Below, piece after piece: positions 50,985 to 63,689 of a DNA stretch of 64,000 nt. The notes below the pieces were generated by a model. The model had not been told where the DNA came from and did not search any database. It saw nothing but the letters and a program-made list of their open reading frames with translations. A program made the position numbers and the translations under genes. The stretch is from Squalus acanthias (taxonomy: Eukaryota): positions 69,628,001 through 69,692,000 of the forward strand of contig CM059438.1 in the NCBI GenBank assembly GCA_030390025.1, written 5' to 3'. Numbering within the stretch: position 1 is the first letter of the stretch; each line of letters opens with the position of its first letter.

Positions 50985-51317
50985 GACATACGGAATGGAT
51001 TCCTTATAGAGGACCCCACAGTACAACCTGAAGGATCAAACCTTCCTCGCAAACAGTGGACAACCATCAACCGCCTCAGAACCGGTCATGGTAGATGCTG
51101 CCACCTTCTCCATAGATTGAAGATTAAAGCATCCCCATCATGTGACTGTGGAGCTACTAATCAGACCCTGGAGCACATCACTGAGCACTGCCCTCAGAGG
51201 AAATTTGCAGGCAGCCTACAAGATATCCACGCTGTTACACAGGAAGCTTTGGCCTAGATATCTGACTTAGATATTGACATTTGATTTGCTTTGCTATCAC
51301 CATACGAAAGAAGAAGA
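50985..51317 (+). mobile_element. Vingi/ingi-like (I-group) LINE 3' end
   Basis: WTTINRLRTGHGRC..CDCG..QTLEHI..C C-terminal domain, ending CATACGAAAGAAGAAG. Confidence 0.7.
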
Positions 51318-54300
51318 CTTGCACTGAAGAGGAAAAATGAGCACATGAATGCCTGAAGGGGAAATCCAAATGTTGAAGGCATTAAGTTGGTGGTACATTT
51401 CTAGAGGGAAATCAGAGGGCGTGAAATTTTACATAAAACTAGACACATTTTCATTATTTTAAGCACCGTAATACTTCACAATTAATACATTTTTAATTTT
51501 TTTTTGAAAAGGAGAAACAAAGTGACATTTGTATTTTTGACAGACCAACCAGGTAATCAGTTACCCTAAAATTACCTCAGTAGACATTCTCCCACGTCCA
51601 ACTCTTCCCACCCCAGTTCACAACGCCATTCCCCCTCTTCTGGACCTAGTTCAGAGACTCTGCACCCCATCCAACTCCTCACTGTTTCACAGAGACATGT
51701 TCTTCTCCTCCAACCTTCCCAGTTCATATTGGTATTCTGCTCCCTCTCCCTTGTCAATTCAACCTGGCATTTATACAACGCAATTATACTTTTCCTCCCG
51801 ATTCACTTTCAAAGTTAATATTGGCACTGTCCTTCCGTTCCCACCCCCAGCTTCTGCCTTTTACTTTTCCACTTCATTACCATCCATTTTCTCCCTTCCC
51901 TCTATTCTCAACCATTTCTCCCTTTCATTGCCATCCATTCCCTCCCACCCGGTCCCATCCTGTTTCCAGCTGCTAATGTACTAGAATAGTTGCCTCTCTC
52001 ATCAGCAGCGTTGCTCACACTAATAGCAGGGATGTCTTGTTGTTAGATCAATACACCAACAGCTGGACTTGGGTAGAAGCAGTACAGGAGGGGGTGGGGA
52101 GGTGGTAGAGGGCTGATTTTTGTGAGCAACCCTGACACATTGATCAGACCCCTAACACACTGACTATCAGTATAAAACATGAACGGTTGGTATGTTTCAG
52201 AAAAAATGACTTAGAGTAGGAAACCATGTAATGTGTTCTTGATCTTAGCACAGTGTGGCGAGGAGGAAGAGCACGTATGACCACTGTCTAACTTGTAAAC
52301 TGTTACAGGACAGGGCTTCCGACAGATCAGGTGCTGTGTTTTCTGGTGTGAGAAGTAGGTATGAAAAGTCAAGATCCGATTTGAAATTGAGCATCTTTAC
52401 AAGAAGCACATACAATGCCCATGGTGCTCTGTTGCTAAGCAACCTGCTGCCTCAAAGTCAGCAGCAAGAAAATTATTATTGTGATTTGTATAATCAAACC
52501 AGGTTCAGAGTGAGGAAGAGGGAGGCAGGTTGACCCTGGGGTCCCCCACCATAATTTACAAAGTTTTTTTTTCCCAAATCATTTGGAGAGTGTAGTGTCA
52601 GGTTTGAGGTTGCACTAACATAATTGAATCAGCCAATATTTTGACTAGGCTCATATTAAACATGTTCTACAAACACCTTGTTTACAATCTTACCTTGATC
52701 TGTCCTCACCGTTATCCCACACTGCTAACTTTCCTTTGGAGTAGAGCAGAACTGGAAGAGAAAAAAAAAACAAAGGAGAATCAGGACTAGGGAGGGCAAA
52801 ACAGAAGAAAGATCACAGAGCAGAACTGACTGATAAAAGGATGCAGCATAGAGCCTGGAGAATATAAAGAACAGAGCTGAATCAAAAAGATGAATGGGAG
52901 GCAAGAGGCCAGAATTGCTGTAAAACTGAAAAATGAGAAAACTGCAAAGGAAAGAGACATTGAACAATAAAGCTATAATTTAAAAACTGGCACAGTCAAT
53001 GAGCGTGTTGAGAAAGGAAAAATTTAAACTGGCAAGATTTTGAAAATGGAAAAATCTAAAAAAAAAAAAGTTCTGCTAAGAAAAAATTACATCAAAGGAA
53101 AGAGAAACATGTAATTAAAAGAAAGAAAACTCAAGATGGGGAATTCTGGAAGACACAAGGAATGCATCAGAATTAAAGAAAAAAGTATACAAGGGGGAAA
53201 AATTAATACAGTAGTTGTAAAGAAGAAATGGGAAAAATTCCGCTTGCACTGTACTGCCGATGGGTTGAGAAGAATGTCTTTTAGAGATTATCCTGAGAAA
53301 AGGGGAGAGGGCACAGAGGTTAGAGACTAAATAAATGAGAGAACATAAGGCAAAGCGACAAAAGGAGTAAAAGTGTGAAGCGAGAGAGAAATTGGACAAA
53401 GAAAATCAAATAGTGGCACCAATAAATCCAAACGGCTCTTTGAACTGCAATCTTCAATTGTCTAACTTTGATCTTTTGTAAACTATTGCTTTCTCTATCA
53501 TTCTCTTAATCTTGAAACTCTCTGCAGTTTTCAGCTTTATGTCATACAACATTAAATGTATCAACTTTTAACTTCCACAATACTGAAATCATCCATTCTT
53601 GGTGTCTCTCTTGCTCACCATCAGCAGTTGCCCCACTTCTCCTCTTTCAATCAGGCTGGCTCTTGTGCTAAGTCCATTGGCATCTTGAATGACCTCTGGC
53701 AACCCATCAGTCAGCCAGCCTACCTGCCTGGCAGTTCACGTCAGCCAGGTAGGATAGTCCTGGAGAATTCTTTGCTGCTTTTTTTTGTACTCTTTTGATC
53801 CAGCGGCCTGTGCCAGTGATGCAAGTAACGTTATTCTAACTGGCAGGGCAGGTTTCTTATCTGACTCCTTCCTTTCTGTCACATCTTGGTTCAGTTGTGC
53901 TTGTCATACTCCTGTCTCTTGTAAAAATTCTGTCTATCACACCTGGCAATTTGATCAGTCTGAAGCACCCCAGGCCATCCTTGACTATTTGACACTCTCC
54001 AAGTCTACGATTAGAGCTGCCAAACACAGATTTATTGAAAAAAAATAAAAAGAAAGGTGATTCCTCTTATCCTTCCAACTACTGCCCCTACTGCTGAAAC
54101 ACTGTTACTTTGTGAAGTTATGGAAACTGGACCTAACTCTTCATAATGTGGTAGATTTTGGGACTCATCCATTGCTACCAGTATGGTTTTCAGCACGGCC
54201 ATCCCACAGGTAATCTTGTTGCCTTTGTTAGAGTCCTCTGAAACTCTGCTCTGGTGCCTTTTAACAGACTTGGTTATCATCAGGAATTGCATTTAACAAA

Positions 54301-55054
54301 CAAAAAACAACATCACTTCCTTTCGTTTCAAAACTCAACTTTGCTATTTTAAATGGAACCATTGTTATAGCACCTGCTGCCATCCTCAAAGTTTCCTTGG
54401 AGGTTCCTCAGTACAAACTCAATCTTTCAGGCAGTTTTTTTGTGAAGGGCCAAACACCCATGCACAAACTAATGTGACATAAATGGCTTACACTGTATTG
54501 TGACTTAAATGTTAAGGGTTCAAAGACAACTTGAAGCAAAATATGGACAACTAAGTATGCCAGTGGAGGACTGACATTGTACTGTCATAGACTAGTTCAA
54601 GTAAGTGTGCCACTCTTTGTAAAGGAATGGCACAATATAAATGCTTGAAGATGTGCAGCAGGAAAAAGGAGAGAAAGCTCAAGCTGTCGATGATAATTAC
54701 CAGTATTACACAGGCAGGCAGGTTTTTGTCACACCCATCAAGGATTAATGTGGAGATCTAATTAGGAAGTTACTCAAACTGTGTTAACAAAAACCATTAA
54801 TTGAAGAATAAGATCTGAGCCTGTCTTAGGACTTTTTGTTTGGAATATATCTTTGGTCTCAAAGTCAAAGTTCATTCTGTATTAATGTGTCGACATTTAA
54901 AGTATCATTATCTATTTTCAGAGGAACATTCAAAAAAATTTACTTGGCAGTTTAAAAAGGTCATTCATGTTTGGTTAATTGTCGTAATTACAGCGTTCTC
55001 CCAGTGACCCGGCCAACATCCCTCCCTCAACCAATCCAACTCAATTTATCTCAT

Positions 55055-55271
55055 TAACAACAGAAAACGCTGGAAAAACTCAGCAGGCCAGGCAGCATCC
55101 GTGGAGAGAGAAAGAGAGTTAACGTTTCAGGTCGATGACCTTTCTGATGAAAGGTCATCGACCTGAAACGTTAACTCTCTTTCTCTCTCCACGGATGCTG
55201 CCTGGCCTGCTGAGTTTTTCCAGCGTTTTCTGTTGTTATTTCGGATTTCCAGCATCCGCAGTATTTTGCTA
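55055..55271 (+). mobile_element. Penelope-like fold-back insertion (perfect palindrome 55055-55238) inside a Deu-SINE relic
   Basis: Perfect 90-bp arms with a TGAT loop, and the 16-bp direct repeat TCAATTTATCTCATTA (55041-55056, 55272-55287). Confidence 0.85.
55144..55176 (+). ncRNA. Minimal hammerhead ribozyme core
   Basis: CTGATGA A AGGTC atc GACCT GAAAC GTT AACT, with a palindromic AACGTT in place of stem III. The 5' strand of stem I is truncated. Confidence 0.6.
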
Positions 55272-57058
55272 TCAATTTATCTCATTATTGTTTGTGGGCT
55301 CTTGCTGCTGCATTTTGCACTTGTAAGTAATTCAACGTACATAAAGCGCTGCGAGACATTTCTGAGAGACCTGGTCAGAGTATTATATAAATCTCTTCTT
55401 TTTCTTGCTTGAAAGAAATTTAGCAGGTTGACCAATGGAAGAATGTGTCACATTGTGCTTAGATAAGCATCATCATATTAAAGGAAGAAAAAACTTGCAT
55501 TTATATAGCACCTTTCATGACCGCTAATTAAACTGTTTAACACCTGATACCAATGGTGCACACTCCGCCCATTGGTACACAGAAATGACATTGAGGTTCT
55601 ACATTTAGGACCCGATTTAAATATTTTACGAAGGCCGCCTTTCGAGGCCTGCCTGAAAATTGTGTCGCGATGGCCTCGGGCTGTCCCCTGCATGGGCAAT
55701 GAATTTTTTTTTACTGAACCTGATAATATATAATAATATGAAACAGCACTGCAGCCGGTATATTACAGCGCATACCTTCACCAGCACCTAACTCAGCAGG
55801 GTGTGCATGAAGCTTTTAAAGTAGATTATTCCAAGAACTGAACACACCTATAATGTTCCCATTGAAGTGGCAATGCTCCTTTAAAAGGCTTGAACAGATC
55901 TTGAGTCGATCATGTTTGAAGCTGTGAAATTGATAAGAATGACAGTTTGGACAGAAGAATGCAACTTGTGTGAGCATGTTTTTTGATGAAGTCCATTGAT
56001 ATTGCACATCTCTTAGAATGAAAGTGATGGTGCCCCTTATTCTAGTTCAAAGTCTGTAAATGTTTTCATGCAATCAATATGCTGGAGACAGACTGCAATT
56101 ATGCTTTCAACTCACTACTATTCCAAAATGTATTTTTTGTGGGTTTTTTTGCAGCACACGAAAAATGGGCTAATTGACCATTTTGGCTTTCCATTTTGGG
56201 CCTTGTATATTTTAATTGTTGTCCAGTCAGGCTACTGCACTGAGGTTGCGAAGCTTGCCCAAGTTTCATGATAATTTGTCAATAAATTTGGCCAGGTTGC
56301 TGTTTAATGGCAGCTGCGCTTTATGAAGCACATGTCAGTCACAATAGGGTAAAGGTTGACCAGTTTAAACCCTTCTTAGCAGCTGAAGATGTTTGCTTTC
56401 ACAGTGAGAATTACCATATTATTAAGAGAAATAGGCGCTCAGTGTTTTAAAATTGATAGTTTGATTCATGTTGTGGTGACTCAGAGCTTCTAAATATATA
56501 GACATGAAAAAATACGCACAAAACATTGTTAAACTACATATTTACATCCAGATGAATAAATGAAATCTTATGTAAAATCAATTACGTCAACTTGTATCCA
56601 AACGAATTTTGTGGTTAATTTTCTAACTTGGTATTCCCAAGTTCGTTTGCGAAAATTGGCATAGCTCCTTTCATTCTGCCAACAGAGACCGAACTCTTGA
56701 CTCCTTCACCTAGCTTTGGTTTCATCTGTTAGTATTGGTGAGTCATCTTCCCAGTTCATCCCGAACAGGGGGGCAATTAAGCACCCAATGCTCCTAGTTT
56801 TTCATTGTGTGCAAATTATTGTGGTCCAGGGATGTTGGCTGCTGGACCAGTAATGATTGTTGAATACATAACTACTGTACAGAAGCTGGTCATTGCAGTT
56901 TTCATTTTTGAAAATGATGCAAAGATCAAGGTAAAACTTCTAAACTGTAGCTTGAGACAGTGGGGCCAATAATCTGCCCAGTGTACAGTGCACATGATAA
57001 TGTGGCCCAGAAGTCCCTGCAGCACCTAGAGTCTGCAATGTTGTGCACTATACTTATT

Positions 57059-57798
57059 GGCCCAGAAATTGATCTCGCTCTGTTCCCGCGGGGGTAAGGC
57101 TTTCCCGCGATCTCTCACCTCGCTTGTGCTTTTTCAGATCCAGCTCGCACGAACTTGATGTTCTAGAGATCAGCTGGGCAGTGCTTGCGTATTCCAGCGG
57201 CGTAGTGAATTCGTGCGAGCTGTGGGATCACGTGACTCAGTTAGAGCCAATGGCAGCACACCATCTTCCATTCATAAGTTTCACATAGGTGCTGTGAAAT
57301 CTATGAATCTTACACCCCCCCAAAATAACAGCTAAACCTCAATTAAATTTAAAAAAAAAACATCACATTAATAAAATAAGTATAGTTAATTAAATTAACC
57401 ATTTTAAATAAAAAATTAAATTTTTGAAAAAATTTAAAATCTTTTAAAAAGTTATAAAAATAAACTTACCTGTCTTTAAAGTCTCTAAAAAAGATATACC
57501 TGTTAAAAAAAATTCAAAAAAATACTTAATTCACTACTTACCTTCTTAAAAGTGGGTCTTACTCCTTTTTACATTTCTAAAATCTTCAGTACTTACCTGC
57601 GCGTCCAAAGCATGAAGTGCACAGCATGCGCGCAGCCTGTAGCGCGCACGCGATGCACCGAGGAACCGCCCCCTTTTCAAAAGAGCAATTGCCGGTTTTC
57701 AGCGCATGCGCAGGGCATGCAGAAAACCGGCAATTGGAGTGGGAATACGCGAGAGTACGCAGTGCGTACTCTCGCGTCGCGGGATCAATTTCTGGGCC
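57059..57798. mobile_element. Harbinger-superfamily MITE, family A copy 3 (inverted relative to 7731-8494)
   Basis: 20-bp TIRs GGCCCAGAAATTGATCTCGC / GCGGGATCAATTTCTGGGCC and TSD ATT. Confidence 0.85.
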
Positions 57799-57865
57799 AT
57801 TATTTTTTTTTACAGGATATGCCTGTACTGCATTCAAAGTACCCGAACAGCAATTCACCTGCTTA

Positions 57866-59210
57866 CTTCTTCTTATGATGTGGAGATGCCGGTGTTGGAC
57901 TGGGGTGGACAATGTGAGAAGTCGCACAACACCAGGTTATCGTCCAACAGCTTTATTTGAAATCACAAGCTTTCGGAGCGCTGCTCCTTCGTCTTAGGCA
58001 GTCCCTCTGAACCGAGGATGACTTGTTTCCACATTAAAAATGAGTTGTCAGGTGACTGATGAGTCCAATGCAGGACCTACAGTCTCTGTCACAGGTGGGG
58101 CAGACGGCGGTTGAAGGGGCGGGTGGGTGGGGTGCTTTGGTTGACGTGCGCTCCTTGCGTGCTTGCGCTTGGCTTCCGCTTGCTCCCAGCGAAGAGACTC
58201 GAGGTATTCGGCGCCTTCCCCGGATGCTTCTCCTCCACTTTGTGCGGTCTTGGGCCAGGGATTCCCAGGTGTCGGTGGGGATGTTGCACTTTTTCAAGGA
58301 GGCTTTGAGGGTGTCCTTGAAGCGTTTCCTCTGCCCACCTGGGGCTCTCTTGCTGTGTCGGAGCTCCGAGTAGAGCGCTTGTTTTGGGAGTCTCGTATCG
58401 GGCATGCGGACGATGTGACCCGTCCATCGGAGCTGATCGAGCGTGGTCAAAGCTTCGATGCTGGGGATATTGGCCTGAGCGAGAACACTGACGTTGGTGC
58501 GCCTATTCTGCCAATGGATTTGCAGGATCTTGTGGAGGCAGCGTTGGTGGTACCTCTCCAGTGCTTTGAGGTGCCTGCTGTACATGGTCCATGTCTCTGA
58601 GGCATACAGGAGGGCGGGTATTACTACTGCTCTGTCGACCATGAGCTTGGTGCCGGGTTTGAGGTCCTGGTCTTCAAACACTCTCTGTCTCAGGCGAACG
58701 AAGGCTGCACTGGCACACTGAAGGCGGTGTTGGACTTCGTCATTGACGTCTGCCCTTGTTGACAGTAGGCTCCTGAGGTATGGAAAGTGGTCCACGTTGT
58801 CCAAGGCATTGTTGAGGATTTTGATAATCGGTGGGCAGTACTGTGTGGTGGGGGCAGGTTGGTAGAGGACCTTTGTCTTACGGATGTTTAGTGTAAGGCC
58901 CATGCTCTCGTACGCTTCGGTGAAGGTGTTAACGATGGTTTGGAGTTCGGCCTCAGAGTGTGCGCAGACGCAAGCGTCGTCTGCATACTGTAATTCGACG
59001 ACAGAAGATGGGACAACCTTGGATCTGGACTGGAGGCGACAGAGGTTGAACAGTTTCCTGTTTGTTCTGTAAATTAGCTCCACTCCAGTGGGGAGCTTAC
59101 TGAGGGTGAGATGGAGCATTGCAGCAAGGAAGATCGAGAAGAGCGTTGGCGCGATGACACAACCTTGCTTGACCCCGGTCCGTACGTGAATTGGGTCTGT
59201 GGTGGAACCA
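57866..59210 (-). mobile_element. 5'-truncated RTE-clade LINE
   Basis: 361-aa frame with ELQYADD, QLRWTGHIVRMPDTRLPK and a C-terminal CPTC..H..H finger. It has a (GAA)n tail and the 14-bp TSD AATTCACCTGCTTA (57852-57865, 59211-59224). Confidence 0.92.
57876..57993 (-). mobile_element. Second Penelope-like family fragment inside the RTE tail, with a truncated hammerhead
   Basis: The minus strand reads GACGA A GGAGC agc GCTCC GAAAGCTT..AAATAAA. It is flanked by CTTCTTCTTA / CTTCGTCTTA. Confidence 0.65.
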
Positions 59211-59309
59211 AATTCACCTGCTTAACACGCATATGAAAGACACTTTGCATAGGAAAATTGCTCACTATCCCAGATTCATTCTGGAATGCAAAGATAAACC
59301 CCGGAAACT

Positions 59310-60075
59310 ACGTAAACTTGAGGTCATCCAAAACTCGGCTGCCCATGTCCTAACTCGCACCAAGTCCCGTTCACCCATCACCCCTGTGCTCGCTGACCTA
59401 CATTGGCTCCCGGTTAAGCAACGCCTCAATTTCAGAATTATTATCCTTGTTTTCAAATCCCTCCTTGGCCTCGCCCCTCCCTATCTCTGTAATCTCTGTA
59501 AGCATCCGGGAAGGCGCCGAATACCTCGAGTCTCTTCGCCGGGAGCAAGCGGAAGCTAAGCGCAGGCAGCGCAAGGAGCGCACGTCAACCCAAGCACCCC
59601 ACCCACCTGCCCCTTCAACCACCGTCTGCCCCACCTGTGACAGAGACTGTAGGTCCCGCATTGGACTCATCAGGAACCTGAGAACTCATTTTTAATGTGG
59701 AAGCAAGTCATCCTCGGTTCCGAGGGACTGCCTAAGAAGAAGAATCTCCTTCAGCCCCACAACCCCCCGAGATATCTGCGATCCTCAAATTCTGCCCTCT
59801 TGAGCATCTCTGATTATAATCACTCAACCTTTGGTGGCCGTGCCTTCAGCTGTCAAGGCCCTAAGCTCTGGAATTCCCTCCCTAAACCTCTCTACCTCTC
59901 TTTCCTCTTTTAAGATGCTCCTTAAAACCCACCTCTTTGACCAAGCTTTTGGTCATCTGCCCTAATTTCTCCTTATGTGGCTCGGTGTCAAATTTTTTGT
60001 CCTATAATACAATTATGAAGCGCCTTGGGGTGTTTTACAATGTTAAAGGCGCCATATAAATACAAGTTGTTGTTG
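59310..60075 (+). mobile_element. L2 LINE 3' region
   Basis: IQNSAAHVLT..ITPVLADLHWLPVKQR motif and a tail TATAAATACAAGTTGTTGTTG. Confidence 0.88.
59501..59743 (+). mobile_element. RTE 3' fragment inserted into L2
   Basis: Inverted copy of about 57997-58230 with a GAAGAAGA tail. AATCTC is repeated at both junctions. Confidence 0.85.
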
Positions 60076-60419
60076 AAAAGTCCTCCTTTCACTTGGATTT
60101 TTGCTGTTAAAGGTACATTTTGTTTGTTATTAACTCCTGTGGCTTTTTGCTGTTGTGGGGGAAAGGAAATTAATTAAACTTATTGGAGCCTGACTGACAA
60201 CTTTTTAAAGCCGCACTATTAACTGCACCAGTGTAGCCAAAAACTTGGCACTGTGTATTGCTTTGAGAAAAACTATGGTTATCCCTCTGTCGAGAGAAGG
60301 AGCAGAGCAGGAGTATCACAAGAGACCTCCCTCTCTTCTGGAGAGGGTAGAGGAGAATCACCAAAGGCATGCCAGACGGGTGCTTACACTTTTGAAGTTC
60401 AATGAGGAACCATTCTTAT

Positions 60420-60615
60420 GTGGCCATCCATGTTTATAGACCCATATATTTGCTACCTGGACTTGTTGGACAAAATCTATACGCGGAGACAAAACTTCTT
60501 CAAAGAGGCTGTCACTGAACTTTACATATACTTGCAGCAAGTCCTGCAAACCACTTCAACAACTGGGATGAATGGGTCATGTCACTTGCACTGAAGGTGA
60601 ACACAGCCACTAAAT
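60420..60615 (+). pseudogene. Ancient Harbinger transposase N-terminal relic
   Basis: VYRP..YLDL..FFKEAVTELYIYLQQVLQ..ALKVNTA aligns by eye with FMKEVLTELCHLLQPDLQ..AVKVTVA of element 1. Confidence 0.55.
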
Positions 60616-61564
60616 GACCACGCCACCTCCCTTGAAGTGTCTATAACTATGCTAGGGCATTCCACTATTTAAGTAACTAATGCAGTATTTTGTAAGACGC
60701 TTGGCCACCTCGAGAAACAGGAAAAAATATTTTAGAATACCAGTAAGACACCCCTTGAAACCGAGCTTGACATGGCAAGACGTTGCAGTGTGCAAAGAGA
60801 TGAACAAATGCGCCAGTGAATAAATAAGGAAAGGGAGAAAAGTCACGGATTATACTGGTCATGAGCTTGGGGAAGCCTCTGACCTTACCCTGTCTACCCA
60901 TGCTATTGTCTCCACAACCAGAATCCCCAAGGCCCTCTCCTTGTATGAAGCCTCGGTAACCCCTAAACGTAGCTGCCAAAGATCTGCCCCATCAACTCTT
61001 TGCTATCATAAAAACCGAATGTTCAATGTTTCCATGAACAACTGTAAAACTTCAAAATTTGGCTTTGCCAGGTTACCTACATCTGCACCAACTTAACCTT
61101 CATTGGAAAAGCGGTCGTGGCCAAAATATAAAGCTGCAAATTACAACTTTTTAAAAAACGTGCATACGTGACTTCTTTTTGCGTTGTTGCTGTGCTGTTG
61201 AATCTGTACTGCAATATAAACGGGGATTCCACAGGATCCTCGAGCAATGTCAAAGTGGTCCTGTGATATCAGTGGCTGGCTGAAGACTGGCATGAACAGA
61301 GGGTAAGGATGTGAGGAGCATGTCACATGCCTCTTGCTCAGCTAGATAAAAGTTTCAAAGGAACTCAAGAGGCAAGAAAAGGAGACATAGTATTGAGCCC
61401 GCATTGCCCCCCCTCCGCCCCCACCCCCTGAGTAGATATTGGAAAGTAGGATCGTAAAATCGTGGGCAGTACATGTCCAAATTTTAAGATGTGCACTGCT
61501 GGTGGGCGAAGCTCTTCAAGTGTGTACAATCTATGCTGCAGGACTCTAGTACTTTCAACAACTT

Positions 61565-61790
61565 CAGCGCAGTACTGAGGGAGTGCTGCATTGTTTGAGG
61601 TGCCGTCTTTCAGCTGAGACCCCCTTCTGCCTGCTCAGGTAGACATAAAAGATGCCATGGCATTATTCGAAGAAGAACAGGGGAGTTCTCATGGTCTCCT
61701 GGACAACATTTATTCCTCAACTAACCAAAAACAGATTATTTGCTCATTTATCTCACTGGTATTTGTGCAAACTTCCTGTGTGCACATTGC
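61565..61790 (+). mobile_element. Deu-domain SINE fragment
   Basis: GTACTGAGGGAGTGCTGCATTG..GGTGCCGTCTTTC..TAAAAGATGCCATGGCA. Confidence 0.75.
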
Positions 61791-63689
61791 CTGACCCTTA
61801 AAACAAATGTTAGGCCCCCTAAAAATGTTAATTGGGGAACTAACGTCTGTTCAAGAACCCCTTGGTGAAATGAGTCAATGATGATCAGGGCATGTGTCGA
61901 GCCTGCTTGGCGCACGATTGTTCAGTGTCCCCGTGGCTGCCAACAAAAGGTGAGTTTTAAGGCAGGAAGAGCAGGAATGCTCCTACCAATTCTAAAGGTG
62001 TCACGATTCCCAACCCCCCACCCCTTATTCTGCTCCAACACTCGCTCCCGCTACTTGCCTGAAGGTTTCTGCCGGCAAGATAGGCAGCCCAAAATTGAAG
62101 TCTTCCCTCGGGCAAGCTGCCTGTGGAGGGGCAACCAGCACCGGCAGCTCAGAGTTTGTTGATGAGGCCTGAGGACCAATTTTTATCGATCCTCGGGCCT
62201 CTTAGTTTGGGTGCACGTTGCTCGCGCAGCACCGAGACTGAGCCAGAAAACGTGTCCAGACTCATTTCTACCCAATAACGTGCCAGTGATTCAAACAACT
62301 GTTTTTGCAATCTTAGTATCTCTCAAATGTGCTCAAATACTGTTTGTCAAAAGATCGATAGATTTTTCTTTGTACAGGTTGGCCATTTTTTAAACAAGAA
62401 TGTTTAGCTTCCACCAGAGAAATCCCATTAAATCTGGATACAGCATACCAGCATATAAATTGTTGCACTTCCTTTTTTGTGGCCATTTTGGTAAAACAAA
62501 ATTGTAGGTCATGTACCCTTTTTAAGTCATCAACTTAAAGGGCATACGGATGTCCTCTGCAAGTGTAAATTCCTTAACTTACTGAGGAGGCAGAGAGTGT
62601 CCTTTCTGCACTGTCACCTCATTCTTACCTCCCCCACCCTCCAATAAAAGATCAAATGGATCCACTTGATAGAAATCAAGCGAGATACAGGCCATGTTCT
62701 TGATTCACCTTCAGTGTCAGCATTATATTATGGGCCTCTATCTCAGAGTGCAGATAAAAGGGCTTCACAACATTTCAAGCCATCATCAGGGATTACATTA
62801 AATTACATCACCGTTGCCCTGTGTCACCTGATTGAGTATAGTTCGCTCAACAACCACTTAAAGTTGGACTTTTGAAATCTACCCAATTGCAGAATTTGAG
62901 GATTGGAAATATCTTCTATTTATTCTAATTACACCGACAAATTGGGAGCATTTCCAGCAGGTCTGTTTAATCTCAGCAGAATGCTGTTCTATTTCAGGAG
63001 CTGGTTTCAATGCATGATGTGCCTGTGCAATCTGTCCAATTAATTATAGGTTCCAAAGGTCACTTTAAAATTTATACCGTGTCTGCTTTTTTTCTTCTCT
63101 TAAAGCTGTCCCGCTGCTGCTTCCTGCTGTCTTTCTTTGTCCAGGAGGGGAGGTACAATCTAGTCCCAACTCTTGCTCATTGCAACCTCATTCCGTGTGC
63201 CCCCCCTGCCCCCCGCTCCATCCTGGTTATTAATGATGCCACACTGTCACAACTGGCGGGTGATCAGCCTCTTAGGGGTGCCAGGTTTTTCTTAGTCCCT
63301 GGAATGACATTGTACGTTGTTACGCCGTAGTCTGTCCAGCAGCTGGGCTTGGAACTTGAAAACCTCATGAAGAGCGTACAATTGGAACGTTAGCTGACTG
63401 AGCTCCTTGAGCTGTTAAGCTGCCCTTAACTTTTTCCCCCCAGTTGCATTCAGTGCCTTCAATGTTAATTACATTTATTGTAAATCTTTGATTCCTTAAT
63501 AACAGAAGTACGAAGATAGACCATTGAGTGAGAATTCAGAAGCTGACGGTGATTAGATCAGCATTTCTAGCCAAGAAGGCATGCAGTGTATCATATTTTT
63601 TTAATTGAGAAGCTCACTGAAGGCCAAGGCTCATTAAACAGGATTCCATTAAAGGAATAGGGCAAAAAAATGATGTACATCAAGAAGTT

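Noticed and set aside
51570..51965. Pyrimidine-rich tract with ORFs
   Set aside because: Low-complexity composition with no domain or repeat unit.
55149..55260. A-to-G differences versus the 1.2-kb copy as an ADAR hyper-editing signature
   Set aside because: Most differences are at CpG sites, better explained by CpG retention in a younger copy.
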